This document shows positions 1 to 8,763 of a stretch of DNA of 64,000 nucleotides, one piece after another (position 1 is the stretch's first letter; every line of letters begins with the position of its first letter). The stretch is taken from positions 4,704,001 through 4,768,000 of the forward strand of contig OZ220744.1 in NCBI GenBank assembly GCA_965116925.1, given 5' to 3'. The position numbers were made by a program, and so were the translations under genes. The notes below the pieces were generated by a model. It did no database searches. It saw only the letters and a program-made list of their open reading frames with translations, and was not told where the DNA came from. This DNA comes from Candidatus Poribacteria bacterium. GTDB taxonomy: Bacteria > Poribacteria > WGA-4E > PCPOR2b.

Positions 1-471
1 CCCACGATCTGCAAGTGAACTGAGTTTTGAACACATATTCAGATAAGTCGCCTTGGACGCTTCATCGCTGAGCAGGTTAATACAAGCAGTCTCATCTAGG
101 TGGTTTATTGAGTTGTGGAGCAAGATAATATCAAACTGCTTTCCTGCGGGTTCAAAGGCTTGAAAAGTAACCGGTTCAAATTTTACCTGATTGTATCCGA
201 GAATCCCACCTAGCTTCCTAAACTTTGCCTCCATCCCAGAGCGGCTCCCCTCCGTTTCCGGTTCGAGGCATACAACCTCTTTAGCACCCATACAAGCCGC
301 ATAGAAACTGTGTAAGCCGCTCCCTCCGCCGATATCAAGCACTCGCCTATTTTCGAGAACAATGTTCTCGAACAAAGTCTTCAGGTGGAATTGAAGGTTT
401 CCTCTATTTGGATATAACCCTTCTTTGATAACGGTGGAGAGGTACTCTTCAAGGTCTGGCTGGGTTGACAT
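1..471 (-). CDS. Class I SAM-dependent methyltransferase (runs off window start)
   Basis: Manual translation from ATG at 471: MSTQPDLEEYL...RRVLDIGGGSGLHSFYAACMGAKEVVCLEPE; motif I VLDIGGGSG; open to position 1; absent from the ORF track. Confidence 0.8.
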   Translation of the reverse strand, partial: MSTQPDLEEYLSTVIKEGLYPNRGNLQFHLKTLFENIVLENRRVLDIGGGSGLHSFYAACMGAKEVVCLEPETEGSRSGMEAKFRKLGGILGYNQVKFEPVTFQAFEPAGKQFDIILLHNSINHLDETACINLLSDEASKATYLNMCSKLSSLADRG

Positions 472-482
472 CTCTGCACCCG

Positions 483-1064
483 TCACGGATCTTCAGCCAC
501 TGGTGCCGATGGCAGATCCCCTGTATCAAGGAAATCCTCCAACTCAACGCCGAGTGCACCGGCAATCCGGTTGACGGAATTGAAGAACCCGACAACTTCG
601 ACGACATCGAAAATCGTTTCGTCATCCAAGCCGTGCGATCTGAGTAGATCCAGATCTGATGGTTGAACTGTATAGGCAGCAAGGGTGACCTTCTCTGCAA
701 ATTCTAGGATCGCTCTCGTAGTTGCATCCAAATCCGCAGAGTGGAAATCTGTTTTGATCTGACTAACCAGTTGATCTTCGTTGACCTGTTCCCGCAGGTC
801 TTCACCGTGCGCTTGCACTCAGTATCGGCAGCTATTAATTTGCGAAACCACTGTCGCTATCATCTCCCGTTGCGCCCGACTCAGTTTGGAAGGACCGAAC
901 ATCGCGACTTCATACTGGTTGATGAACACTTTGAGGCTTTCCGGCTTGATGCTGAACAACTTGACGATATTGTAAACTCGCCCGGCACGCTTGATTCCTG
1001 CTTCATACTCTTCCTTGACGATACCTATCGCCTCTGATTCGGGAACGGTTCGGATCCATGCCAT
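483..1064 (-). CDS. AhpD/carboxymuconolactone-decarboxylase-like peroxidase-related protein, probable selenoprotein (CxxU, Sec82)
   Basis: ORFs 819..1064 and 483..818 are in frame, separated only by TGA 819-821; joined motif REMIATVVSQINSCRY-U-VQAH matches the family NxCxYCxxxH; hairpin GACCTG-CGGGAA-CAGGTC follows. Confidence 0.88.
783..800 (-). promoter_or_regulatory. Candidate bacterial SECIS for TGA 819-821
   Basis: 6-bp perfect stem GACCTG/CAGGTC, loop CGGGAA starting 24 nt after the UGA. Confidence 0.7.
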
Positions 1065-1087
1065 TTTCTGTTACCTTGAGGTTGAAG

Positions 1088-1117
1088 TTGACATCTAAAA
1101 AGTTATGGTGCTATAAT
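1088..1117 (+). promoter_or_regulatory. Sigma70-type promoter
   Basis: TTGACA-N18-TATAAT with TG before the -10. Confidence 0.6.
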
Positions 1118-1240
1118 GACACACCTTTTATCGGAGTCCAAGAAACGGAATCGGGGTTTCTTAGTCCCTATGGACTTGAAACGTCGGAATCAATCTTCCG
1201 GTTGCGGCTTTTCAAACAAAATGGTAACAAAGCTGAAAAC

Positions 1241-1417
1241 TATAGTGAATTCTAAAAATATCTGTTAGATTATGATCCCCTTTCGCAAACTAACAGTTCG
1301 CGTGACTTATGGCAGATTCCCCTTTACATCGGAGACATGCACTGTGTGCCGTACCCCTGCCAACAAGTTTCTGACGAGCTCGTTCACAGTGTCTCATTAA
1401 TTCTGAAATCTACTATA
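1241..1417. mobile_element. MITE-like element, family B (TATAGT...ACTATA imperfect TIRs)
   Basis: Ends TATAGTGAATTCTAAAAATA and GTGTCTCATTAATTCTGAAATCTACTATA match the ends of the element at 28489-28590 in reverse orientation. Confidence 0.6.
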
Positions 1418-1444
1418 AATAGCCCATGGAGGACACCTCCCCTC

Positions 1445-2143
1445 ATGCGAACACGGGAACTCATTGAACCCGATATAGTCACCATCCCCGAAGGAGATTT
1501 CCTTATGGGAAGCGACAACGGTGCGGTGAACGAACGGCCTATCCACCGTGTATGGGTGGACACTTTCGGCATCGCCCGATACCCTGTGACCAACCGGGAG
1601 TATAAGTCCTTTATGGAGATGACAGACCATTCGCCGCCACGGTTTTGGGGTGAGTCCAAGTTTCAACACCCAGACCAGCCGGTTGTCGGACCCAGTTGGT
1701 ATGATGCCGTCGGCTATTGCGAGTGGTTAAAGGATTTGGTTGGCAAACCCTATCGTCTCCCAACGGAAGCAGAGCGTGAAAAAGCAGCGCGGGGTGGATT
1801 GGAAGGTAGGGACTATCCGTGGGGCGATGAGCTGCACGAGGACCATGTGGGCGGGCGGAATGCCCCGCATCTTCCAGTTGGGACTGACGGTCCTAACGGT
1901 TATGGGCTTTACAATATGTCAGAAGGCGTCCACGAATGGTGCGCTGATAATTACGATCCAACTTACTACGAAATCTCACCGGATCGCAATCCGACCGGTC
2001 CACAACACAGCGATCGCCGTGTGGCACGCGGCGGTTCATGGCGTCATAGTGTCCGCTTTGCTCGCTGTGCGGCACGGAGCAGTCTCAGTCCAGAAAAGCA
2101 GTTCAGCGACTTCGGATTCCGATGCGCGATGACAATTGAGTAG
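1445..2143 (+). CDS. Formylglycine-generating enzyme (SUMF1/FGE-sulfatase) domain protein
   Basis: FLMGS, YPVTNREY, RLPTEAEREKAARGG, NGYGLYNM..VHEW, RGGSW, GFRC motifs; GGAGGA upstream of ATG 1445. Confidence 0.88.
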   Translation: MRTRELIEPDIVTIPEGDFLMGSDNGAVNERPIHRVWVDTFGIARYPVTNREYKSFMEMTDHSPPRFWGESKFQHPDQPVVGPSWYDAVGYCEWLKDLVGKPYRLPTEAEREKAARGGLEGRDYPWGDELHEDHVGGRNAPHLPVGTDGPNGYGLYNMSEGVHEWCADNYDPTYYEISPDRNPTGPQHSDRRVARGGSWRHSVRFARCAARSSLSPEKQFSDFGFRCAMTIE

Positions 2144-2228
2144 TTGTCTTTCATGGTGCAATGACCCAATGTACTAATGAACGAACGAACCCAATGGCCT
2201 TCACGTTTTACGTTTCACGTTTCACGCT

Positions 2229-3155
2229 ATGAAATCTTCACTGATTTGCATTGTTGGTCCCACCGCTGTCGGCAAAACGGAAATAGCGATTCAACTCGCG
2301 CAGTACCTCGACGCCGAGATTGTGTCGCTCGATTCACGGCAGATCTACCGGAAGATGGACATCGGTACGGCAAAGCCAACACCGGACCAACAGCGAGCGG
2401 TGCCCCACCACCTCATTGATTGTGTGGGGGTGGACCAATCCTTCTCTGTCGCAGAATATCAGCGATTGGCAGATAGCACGATTAAAGAGATTCAGGAACG
2501 TGGCAAACGGAGGATGGTTGTCGGCGGGGCGGGACTGTATTTTCGGGGTCTCATTGATGGGCTTTTCGACGGTCCCGGTGCGGATGCCGAGATTCGATCG
2601 AAACTCCAGCGAGCAGCGGACGAACACGGCAACGTCGCTCTGCATGAACAGCTGCGCCGATGCGATCCGGAGACCGCGGATCGGGTGCACCCAAATAACC
2701 GCGTCAAAGTCATTCGTGCCTTAGAGGTTTACGAACTGACAGGGAAACCCATTTCTGCCTTACAACAACAGTGGAAGAGGAATAAATCCCGCTACCCATT
2801 CCGGGCATTCGGGCTTAACATGCCGCGTGAGGCACTTTATCGGCGGATTGAAGATCGCGTGGATCAGATGGTAGAGGTCGGCTTAATTGAAGAGGTCAAA
2901 GGGTTATTAGATCAGGGCTACCCACGCAACTGCGTCGCAATGCAAAGTTTCGGATACAAGGAGCTCATCGAGTATCTCGACGGAAATCGAACTCTTGATG
3001 AAGGGATTGCACTCTTAAAACAGAACACCCGCCGATTCGCTAAACGGCAGTTAACATGGTTTTGCAACGATCCACGAATTGAATGGCTAGACATCTCTCC
3101 GTTTTCATCAATAGACGGAATTGTGGATAACCTTCTAGCAAAGAACCCCGTCTAA
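2229..3155 (+). CDS. miaA: tRNA dimethylallyltransferase
   Basis: GPTAVGKT, DSRQIYRKMDIGTAKP, PHHLID, TRRFAKRQLTWF. Confidence 0.97.
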   Translation: MKSSLICIVGPTAVGKTEIAIQLAQYLDAEIVSLDSRQIYRKMDIGTAKPTPDQQRAVPHHLIDCVGVDQSFSVAEYQRLADSTIKEIQERGKRRMVVGGAGLYFRGLIDGLFDGPGADAEIRSKLQRAADEHGNVALHEQLRRCDPETADRVHPNNRVKVIRALEVYELTGKPISALQQQWKRNKSRYPFRAFGLNMPREALYRRIEDRVDQMVEVGLIEEVKGLLDQGYPRNCVAMQSFGYKELIEYLDGNRTLDEGIALLKQNTRRFAKRQLTWFCNDPRIEWLDISPFSSIDGIVDNLLAKNPV

Positions 3156-3213
3156 TGGATAAAATGCCAGTATCAAAAGTGCGAGATCTGTATAAAACCT
3201 GTATAGCAGAAAC

Positions 3214-3302
3214 GCTCATGTTAAGAAAACGTGCAACAGCGGGCGGGGTGACCCCGCCCCTACGATTTCGTTTCGCGTTTTGCACTTACTTTTTATATGA
3301 GC
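3214..3302. mobile_element. MITE-like element, family A (GCTCATG...TGAGC ends) with GTAG-REP-like palindrome
   Basis: Inverted copy of the 7217-7346 type; internal GGGCGGGGTGACCCCGCCCCTAC. Confidence 0.7.
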
Positions 3303-3326
3303 CAGCAGAAAAAATGGAACTTTTTC

Positions 3327-3749
3327 ATGGCTGAAGAAGTGGTGGTAATAGAGAAAATCATAGCAAAAGAACCGCTTACAAAGGAAATGATCGACGCAGG
3401 TGCTAACGTCTTGCGTCATCTCAATAAAGCGAATTTTGATGTTCAGGCGGCTTTGTGGATCTACCGGTTGGAATCAAATTCTTGGCGTCTTGTTTTTGCT
3501 CTGCCCGAAGTAGAAAAAGATGGACCGCTGAAAAGTTATACGAAAATACGGCGTATCCTCTCCCAGATTCCAGACAACCAACCCCGTCTGACTCTATCCG
3601 ATATCAAGGTATCCGAAACCGATCATGGCTTGATTACTGCATTGCGAAAGAGAAATAGTCTTGCGAATAAAGAGTTTCCGCAACATGTTTATCATGTCGG
3701 AGGACGCGACCACCACGTTGACGAGGGATATATCTATCAACTACGGTAA
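3327..3749 (+). CDS. Hypothetical protein
   Basis: Open frame; the upstream ATG 3297 falls in the repeat end, so ATG 3327 is preferred. Confidence 0.6.
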   Translation: MAEEVVVIEKIIAKEPLTKEMIDAGANVLRHLNKANFDVQAALWIYRLESNSWRLVFALPEVEKDGPLKSYTKIRRILSQIPDNQPRLTLSDIKVSETDHGLITALRKRNSLANKEFPQHVYHVGGRDHHVDEGYIYQLR

Positions 3750-3783
3750 CACTACAAAATAAAAAACAGACTGGAGGTAAACA

Positions 3784-6700
3784 ATGGCAGCAAGGGAAGG
3801 TTACACAGAGCTACAAGCAAGAGTTTTGGCAGCCCGCCGTGTCTGGAAACGAACACTCTTTTGGACCGGCTGTGCAATTGCTATCGTTGGACTGATCGTG
3901 ATTCTCGCCGGTGCAGCGATCGTAGACCTGCTGATGCCGCTACCGGGCAGCATTCGCCTTGCGCTGCTGATCGGTGTTATTGGGGCTGTAGGCTACCTGC
4001 TCTATAGATATCTCATTCAACCGCTTCGGGCAAAACTGACGCCGCATGATGTCGCGCTCAACGTCGAGCGGAAGCACCAAGACCTTGAAGATCGCCTCGT
4101 TAGTGCCCTCCAGTTTGGCGAGGTGGAAACCGACGATCCAATCAAATCACATCTGTTGCAGCGACTGGTCACGGATGCCGTAGAACGGACTGAGGGAATT
4201 GATTTCAGAACCACAGTCGATAAAAGCAAAAAACGCAAGCACATCGGTATTGCGGTTGCCGCACTCACCGGATGCGCGCTAATCGCACTAATTTTTCCCA
4301 CCGAACTTAACACTTCTCTGAATCGCCTGCTCAGTCCTTGGGAAAAAACCGAGCCCGTGTTTACAACTAAACTGACCGTCGAACCGGGGAACGCCCGCAT
4401 TTTACGGGGCCGAAGCCTTGCAATCAACCTCGAAGTGACCGGCAAAGCTGCCGATAAAGCGCGGCTTATTTATACAAAGGGAAACCCAATCGCTGACACC
4501 ACCTCTCTTCCCCCCGCAAGCGGGGGGATACAGGGGGGGCGTCAAGAAATTGATATGGTGCGAATCGAGGGTGAGAAGCGCAGGTTTGGCTATGAAATCT
4601 TCAACATCAATGAGAATATGGAGTACTATGTAACAGCGAACGGAGCAGAATCGGAACGTTACACCGTTGAAGTGTTCGACACCCCCAAAGTTACCGCGAT
4701 TGAGATTGCCTATACCTATCCCGAATACACAAAATTGAAACCGATTATACAGCAGGGAGAGGGAAATATCCGCGCTGTCGTCGGATCTCAAGCAGAAGTC
4801 CGTATTACGACCAACAAAGCCATCCAATCAGCAACGCTCACAGTGGAGGCAGAAGATTCGGTCCCCATGCTTATCCCCGATGGACGCACGCTCACCATGA
4901 CTCTTGATGTGTTGAACGACGGAAAGTATACCGTTAAACTGCTCTGCGTTGATGGCTTTAATAACCAAGCTCCAATCGAATACACCATTACAGCAATCCC
5001 CGATGAACCGCCTGAAATCGCCATCAAGGAGCCGGGCAGGGACATCAAAGCCACAAAATTAGAGGAGGTCAGAGTCCTCGCAGAAGCGACAGATGACTAC
5101 GGCGTTGAAGAAATGACGTTGATGTACAGCATCGGATCCGGTGAACCGCAAGAATTGCCAATAGAATCCGTTGAGGTTAAAGCGGATAAAATAATCTCCG
5201 GTGCTTACGTTTTCTATCTCGAAGAGCTCGATGTGGAGCCGGGGGAGCTTATCTCCTATTATGCCCAAGCTATCGATAACAATACGCGGACGGGACCAGG
5301 GACAAGCACCTCTGAACTCTATTTCATCGAGGTACGTCCGTTCAATGAACGGTATATGCAGATGGATGCAGAAGGGCAGCAAGCTCAACAAGAAGGACAA
5401 CCGTTCCCCAATCTAATCGCAGATCAACGGACAATTATCAAGAAAACATGGAAGCACATCCACTCCCGTCCGTCCCCCATGACGGAGGACTACCAATCTG
5501 CTGTCAAACAGATAGGGGTAGAACAGGAGCAACTCAAAGACAAAACGCAACGGGTTACTGATGAGTTGAGCATGTCGATGCGCGACGCAAACGTAGACCC
5601 TGAAATGCTGATGAATCTGGAGGCAGCCGTCGCCAAGATGGGTGAAGCGACTGATGAACTCTATGCTGTAAAACCGAAAGCGGCGCTGCCACACGAACAG
5701 GACGCCCTCGAACTTCTCACCAAAGCCATGATGGAGTTAGATAAGGTCTTGACACAGATGCGATCGGGTGGCAACCGAGAAGTCGCCGATAATATAGAGA
5801 TGGATATGGAGGATCTCCAAGACACGATTGAGCAAGATCAAAACGAGTTGGACGATCAGATGCGCGAGGGTACGCAAGAGCTACTGGATCAAGCGAGAGA
5901 TATGCTCGCCCAACAGGAACAACTCACGGAACAGAGCCAACAGCTGGCACGGGAGGGACAGCCTTCACAACGAGAGATGCAGCAAAACAGCCAACAAGAG
6001 GGACGGTTGGCGCAACAAGCGCAGCAGATGGCAGAACAAGCCCAACAGATGGGTCAGTCAGTCGGGCAGGGTGCAGGAAACAGTACAGGACAGCGTATGG
6101 TTCAAGCGGGCGAAGCATTGGAACAAGCATCTGAAAATATGGAGGCAGCTTCAGAGAACATGGGGGCTGGACAGCCACAGATGGGGGCTGCGAAGGGACA
6201 AAAAGCCGAAGAAAACCTGCAGCAGGCGATTGAGGAACTTGAGAAGGTCGCGGCACAGTACACCGATCAGGCCCTTGAGGATGTGACCGAATCACTCGAC
6301 CAACTTACGGCTGAACAATCGGAGATACGAGAGCAAACGGAAACGCTTGAGGAAGAAACTCGACAGGATGGCATTAGCGTTGAAGATGCGCGGAATGCTT
6401 CTGAGTTGGCGAATCAACAGCGAACCCTCCGCCGAGACCTTGAGCAACTGCAACGCAATCTCTCAAATCTGCGGGAGGCACTTAACGAAAATGAACCCCA
6501 AGCGGCCCGAAATGTCGCGGACGCAAATCGTCGTATCATTGAGGAACAGGCATCTGGGAATATGGAGGACGCACAACGGGCATTGCAGTGGCGGAACTTC
6601 CAATCTTCAGAGCGAGAGCAGCGGGAGGTGCTCGATACCCTTTTGGATGCGCGAAATGACCTACAACAAGCTAGGACAAATCTAGCGGAGACCGAGGAGG

Positions 6701-7188
6701 AGCGACTCGACGCAGCGTTGGACCAGATCGAAAGCTGGGCAGCCCAGATGGAGGATATCCAGCGTGAGCTCGAGGCAATGGACAATCAGGAGACTCCACT
6801 AACGCCTGAACAGGAGGCACGGCAACAACAGTTGTCCGAGCAGCAGGAACAGATACAGCAGCGCGCCCAAGAGGCAATGGAAGCACAGCAGCAAGGGGAT
6901 GCTCAGGGGGAGGAACAGGCACAAGTGGGCGGCGCGGAGTCGGACCGTGAACTCAGGGAACTCTGGCTTGACGCGATTCGTGCTATGGACAATCGTCCCG
7001 GAACCCGGAGGGCACCGTTTCCCGTCTACGATTTCTCTCTGCGTGAACTCAGGAAACTTGAGCGAGCGATTGAAGAACGTCTGGCTACAATTCAAGAAAA
7101 GAAACAACTCGCACAGGTGCTCAAAGAGGATGTGCCGCCTGAATACCGGAGACTGGTCGATCAGTACTATGAATTTCTGGCAAAGTGA
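3784..7188 (+). CDS. DUF4175-type membrane-anchored long coiled-coil protein
   Basis: N-terminal TM helices, DRLVSALQF, Ig-like segment, DEPPEI..P, ATDDYGV, Q/E-rich coiled coil, C-terminal VPPEYRRLVDQYYEFL; GGAGG RBS. Confidence 0.8.
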   Translation: MAAREGYTELQARVLAARRVWKRTLFWTGCAIAIVGLIVILAGAAIVDLLMPLPGSIRLALLIGVIGAVGYLLYRYLIQPLRAKLTPHDVALNVERKHQDLEDRLVSALQFGEVETDDPIKSHLLQRLVTDAVERTEGIDFRTTVDKSKKRKHIGIAVAALTGCALIALIFPTELNTSLNRLLSPWEKTEPVFTTKLTVEPGNARILRGRSLAINLEVTGKAADKARLIYTKGNPIADTTSLPPASGGIQGGRQEIDMVRIEGEKRRFGYEIFNINENMEYYVTANGAESERYTVEVFDTPKVTAIEIAYTYPEYTKLKPIIQQGEGNIRAVVGSQAEVRITTNKAIQSATLTVEAEDSVPMLIPDGRTLTMTLDVLNDGKYTVKLLCVDGFNNQAPIEYTITAIPDEPPEIAIKEPGRDIKATKLEEVRVLAEATDDYGVEEMTLMYSIGSGEPQELPIESVEVKADKIISGAYVFYLEELDVEPGELISYYAQAIDNNTRTGPGTSTSELYFIEVRPFNERYMQMDAEGQQAQQEGQPFPNLIADQRTIIKKTWKHIHSRPSPMTEDYQSAVKQIGVEQEQLKDKTQRVTDELSMSMRDANVDPEMLMNLEAAVAKMGEATDELYAVKPKAALPHEQDALELLTKAMMELDKVLTQMRSGGNREVADNIEMDMEDLQDTIEQDQNELDDQMREGTQELLDQARDMLAQQEQLTEQSQQLAREGQPSQREMQQNSQQEGRLAQQAQQMAEQAQQMGQSVGQGAGNSTGQRMVQAGEALEQASENMEAASENMGAGQPQMGAAKGQKAEENLQQAIEELEKVAAQYTDQALEDVTESLDQLTAEQSEIREQTETLEEETRQDGISVEDARNASELANQQRTLRRDLEQLQRNLSNLREALNENEPQAARNVADANRRIIEEQASGNMEDAQRALQWRNFQSSEREQREVLDTLLDARNDLQQARTNLAETEEERLDAALDQIESWAAQMEDIQRELEAMDNQETPLTPEQEARQQQLSEQQEQIQQRAQEAMEAQQQGDAQGEEQAQVGGAESDRELRELWLDAIRAMDNRPGTRRAPFPVYDFSLRELRKLERAIEERLATIQEKKQLAQVLKEDVPPEYRRLVDQYYEFLAK

Positions 7189-7216
7189 AACATGACGTGT
7201 GAATTTAATAGTTAAG

Positions 7217-7445
7217 GCTCATGTAAAAAGAAAGTGCAAAACACGAAGCGAAATCGTAGGGGCGGGGTCTCCCCGCCCGCCGTAAGGGTTGGGGGACCCA
7301 ACCCCTACGAATATTCGGTTTCTTTGCACTAAATCTTAACATGAGCGTAGGATTCGCTCATATAAAAAGAAAGTGCAAAACACCATGAGAAACCGAGTTT
7401 TTTCTTCAAAACTCGGTTTCTATTGCATGATTTCTTAACATGAGC
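7217..7445. mobile_element. Two tandem family A MITE-like elements (7217-7346, 7356-7445) with different internal palindromes
   Basis: Both start GCTCAT(G/A)TAAAAAGAAAGTGCAAAACAC and end TTAACATGAGC. Confidence 0.75.
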
Positions 7446-7499
7446 CATAGGATTATACGGACTCTATGATCAATTTATAACACGGAAGGATTCATCTTC

Positions 7500-8318
7500 A
7501 TGGAAAACACCGAAACCGTTACCCTCACCCCCGCACAACGGCTGCATTTTGACATCTACGGTTTTGTATTGCTAGAGAACGTCTTGACTACCGACGAAGT
7601 GGCTCGCATGAAGGACGCGCTCCATCGGATGAAAGCCGATCCGGATCTTGAGTCCAAGCGGGTCTACACCCACAAGCGTGGTGAGCATCATATACTGCTG
7701 GGCAATCTGGTAGAGTATGATCCCGCCCTGCTAGAATACGCCGCCCATCCCAAACTGGTGCCGCTCGTTGAGGAGGTGGTCGGTGGCAAGGTCCGCCTTG
7801 AGGAGACCGAGGCGATTATCAATCGCAGAGATCCGGAGGCAGATACTGAGGAACTCCACAAACGACGCTATAACCCCACCGGATTTCATCGCGGAACGCA
7901 GCACGGCTGGGGAACCTACATCGAACAGAGCAAATTCCACTGCATCTTTGTCAAGACATTGACCTACCTCACCGATGTGGGACCCGACGATGGCGGCACC
8001 TGTTTTATCCCCGGCAGCCACCGGCTCACTTGGGACAGGGAAGAGATGATCGAAGCCGCCCTCTCCGATGACAAGCTGATCTATCAGGTAGAGGCAACCG
8101 CCGGTTCTGTTTTGCTCTTTCCAGAATCACTCATCCACAGCACGACCGCTATCCGTAGCGACAAGGAACGCACAATCCTAGTCGCTGGGTATACCCCACC
8201 GATGGTGCGTGAGTGGCCCGGTAACGAGGTTAGTCCTGACTTCATCGAAACCCTACCCGAAGATATTAAGCCACTCATTTCCGGAAGCGATAGCTGGCGT
8301 TGGGAAAGACGATATTGA
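7500..8318 (+). CDS. PhyH-family Fe(II)/2OG oxygenase with HxG motif
   Basis: FDIYGFVLLENVL, YLTDVGPDDGGT..IPGSH, distal H in ESLIHS; first iron motif is HRG. Confidence 0.85.
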   Translation: MENTETVTLTPAQRLHFDIYGFVLLENVLTTDEVARMKDALHRMKADPDLESKRVYTHKRGEHHILLGNLVEYDPALLEYAAHPKLVPLVEEVVGGKVRLEETEAIINRRDPEADTEELHKRRYNPTGFHRGTQHGWGTYIEQSKFHCIFVKTLTYLTDVGPDDGGTCFIPGSHRLTWDREEMIEAALSDDKLIYQVEATAGSVLLFPESLIHSTTAIRSDKERTILVAGYTPPMVREWPGNEVSPDFIETLPEDIKPLISGSDSWRWERRY

Positions 8319-8454
8319 CAGTGATTCGCGTTAAAAGAAAGTGTAAAATGCTAAGAGCGTGAAACGTGATGCGTGAAACGTAAAGAAAATTGGTTCATTG
8401 GTTCATTGCGTCGTGACAAAAGAATGAGAAAACGATAAAAGAGGATAAGAATAA

Positions 8455-8763
8455 ATGCCAAACGTTAAGATGTATACAACCAGTTTCTGCCCATACTGCT
8501 ACAAGGCGAAAGGTATCCTTGACAGGATGGGAATCGACTTTGAAGAAATCAACATCAAAGGGGATCCCGCGATGCGCGATGAAATTGAGAAGCTAACCGG
8601 TCGCCGCGATGTACCACAAATCTTTATTGATGATCAACATATCGGCGATGACGACGATTTAGCCGAACTCGCAGCATCGGGAAAACTGAATGAAATTTTT
8701 AACATAGAAGGAGAAACAGATGGCAGAGATAAGAAACGGAAGCGATGGTTTGGAAGAGCGTAA
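8455..8763 (+). CDS. grxC: Glutaredoxin (Grx3-like)
   Basis: CPYC active site, VPQIFI. Confidence 0.85.
   Translation: MPNVKMYTTSFCPYCYKAKGILDRMGIDFEEINIKGDPAMRDEIEKLTGRRDVPQIFIDDQHIGDDDDLAELAASGKLNEIFNIEGETDGRDKKRKRWFGRA

Noticed and set aside
7217..7445. CRISPR array
   Set aside because: No regularly spaced direct repeats with unique spacers and no cas genes; these are inverted-repeat elements
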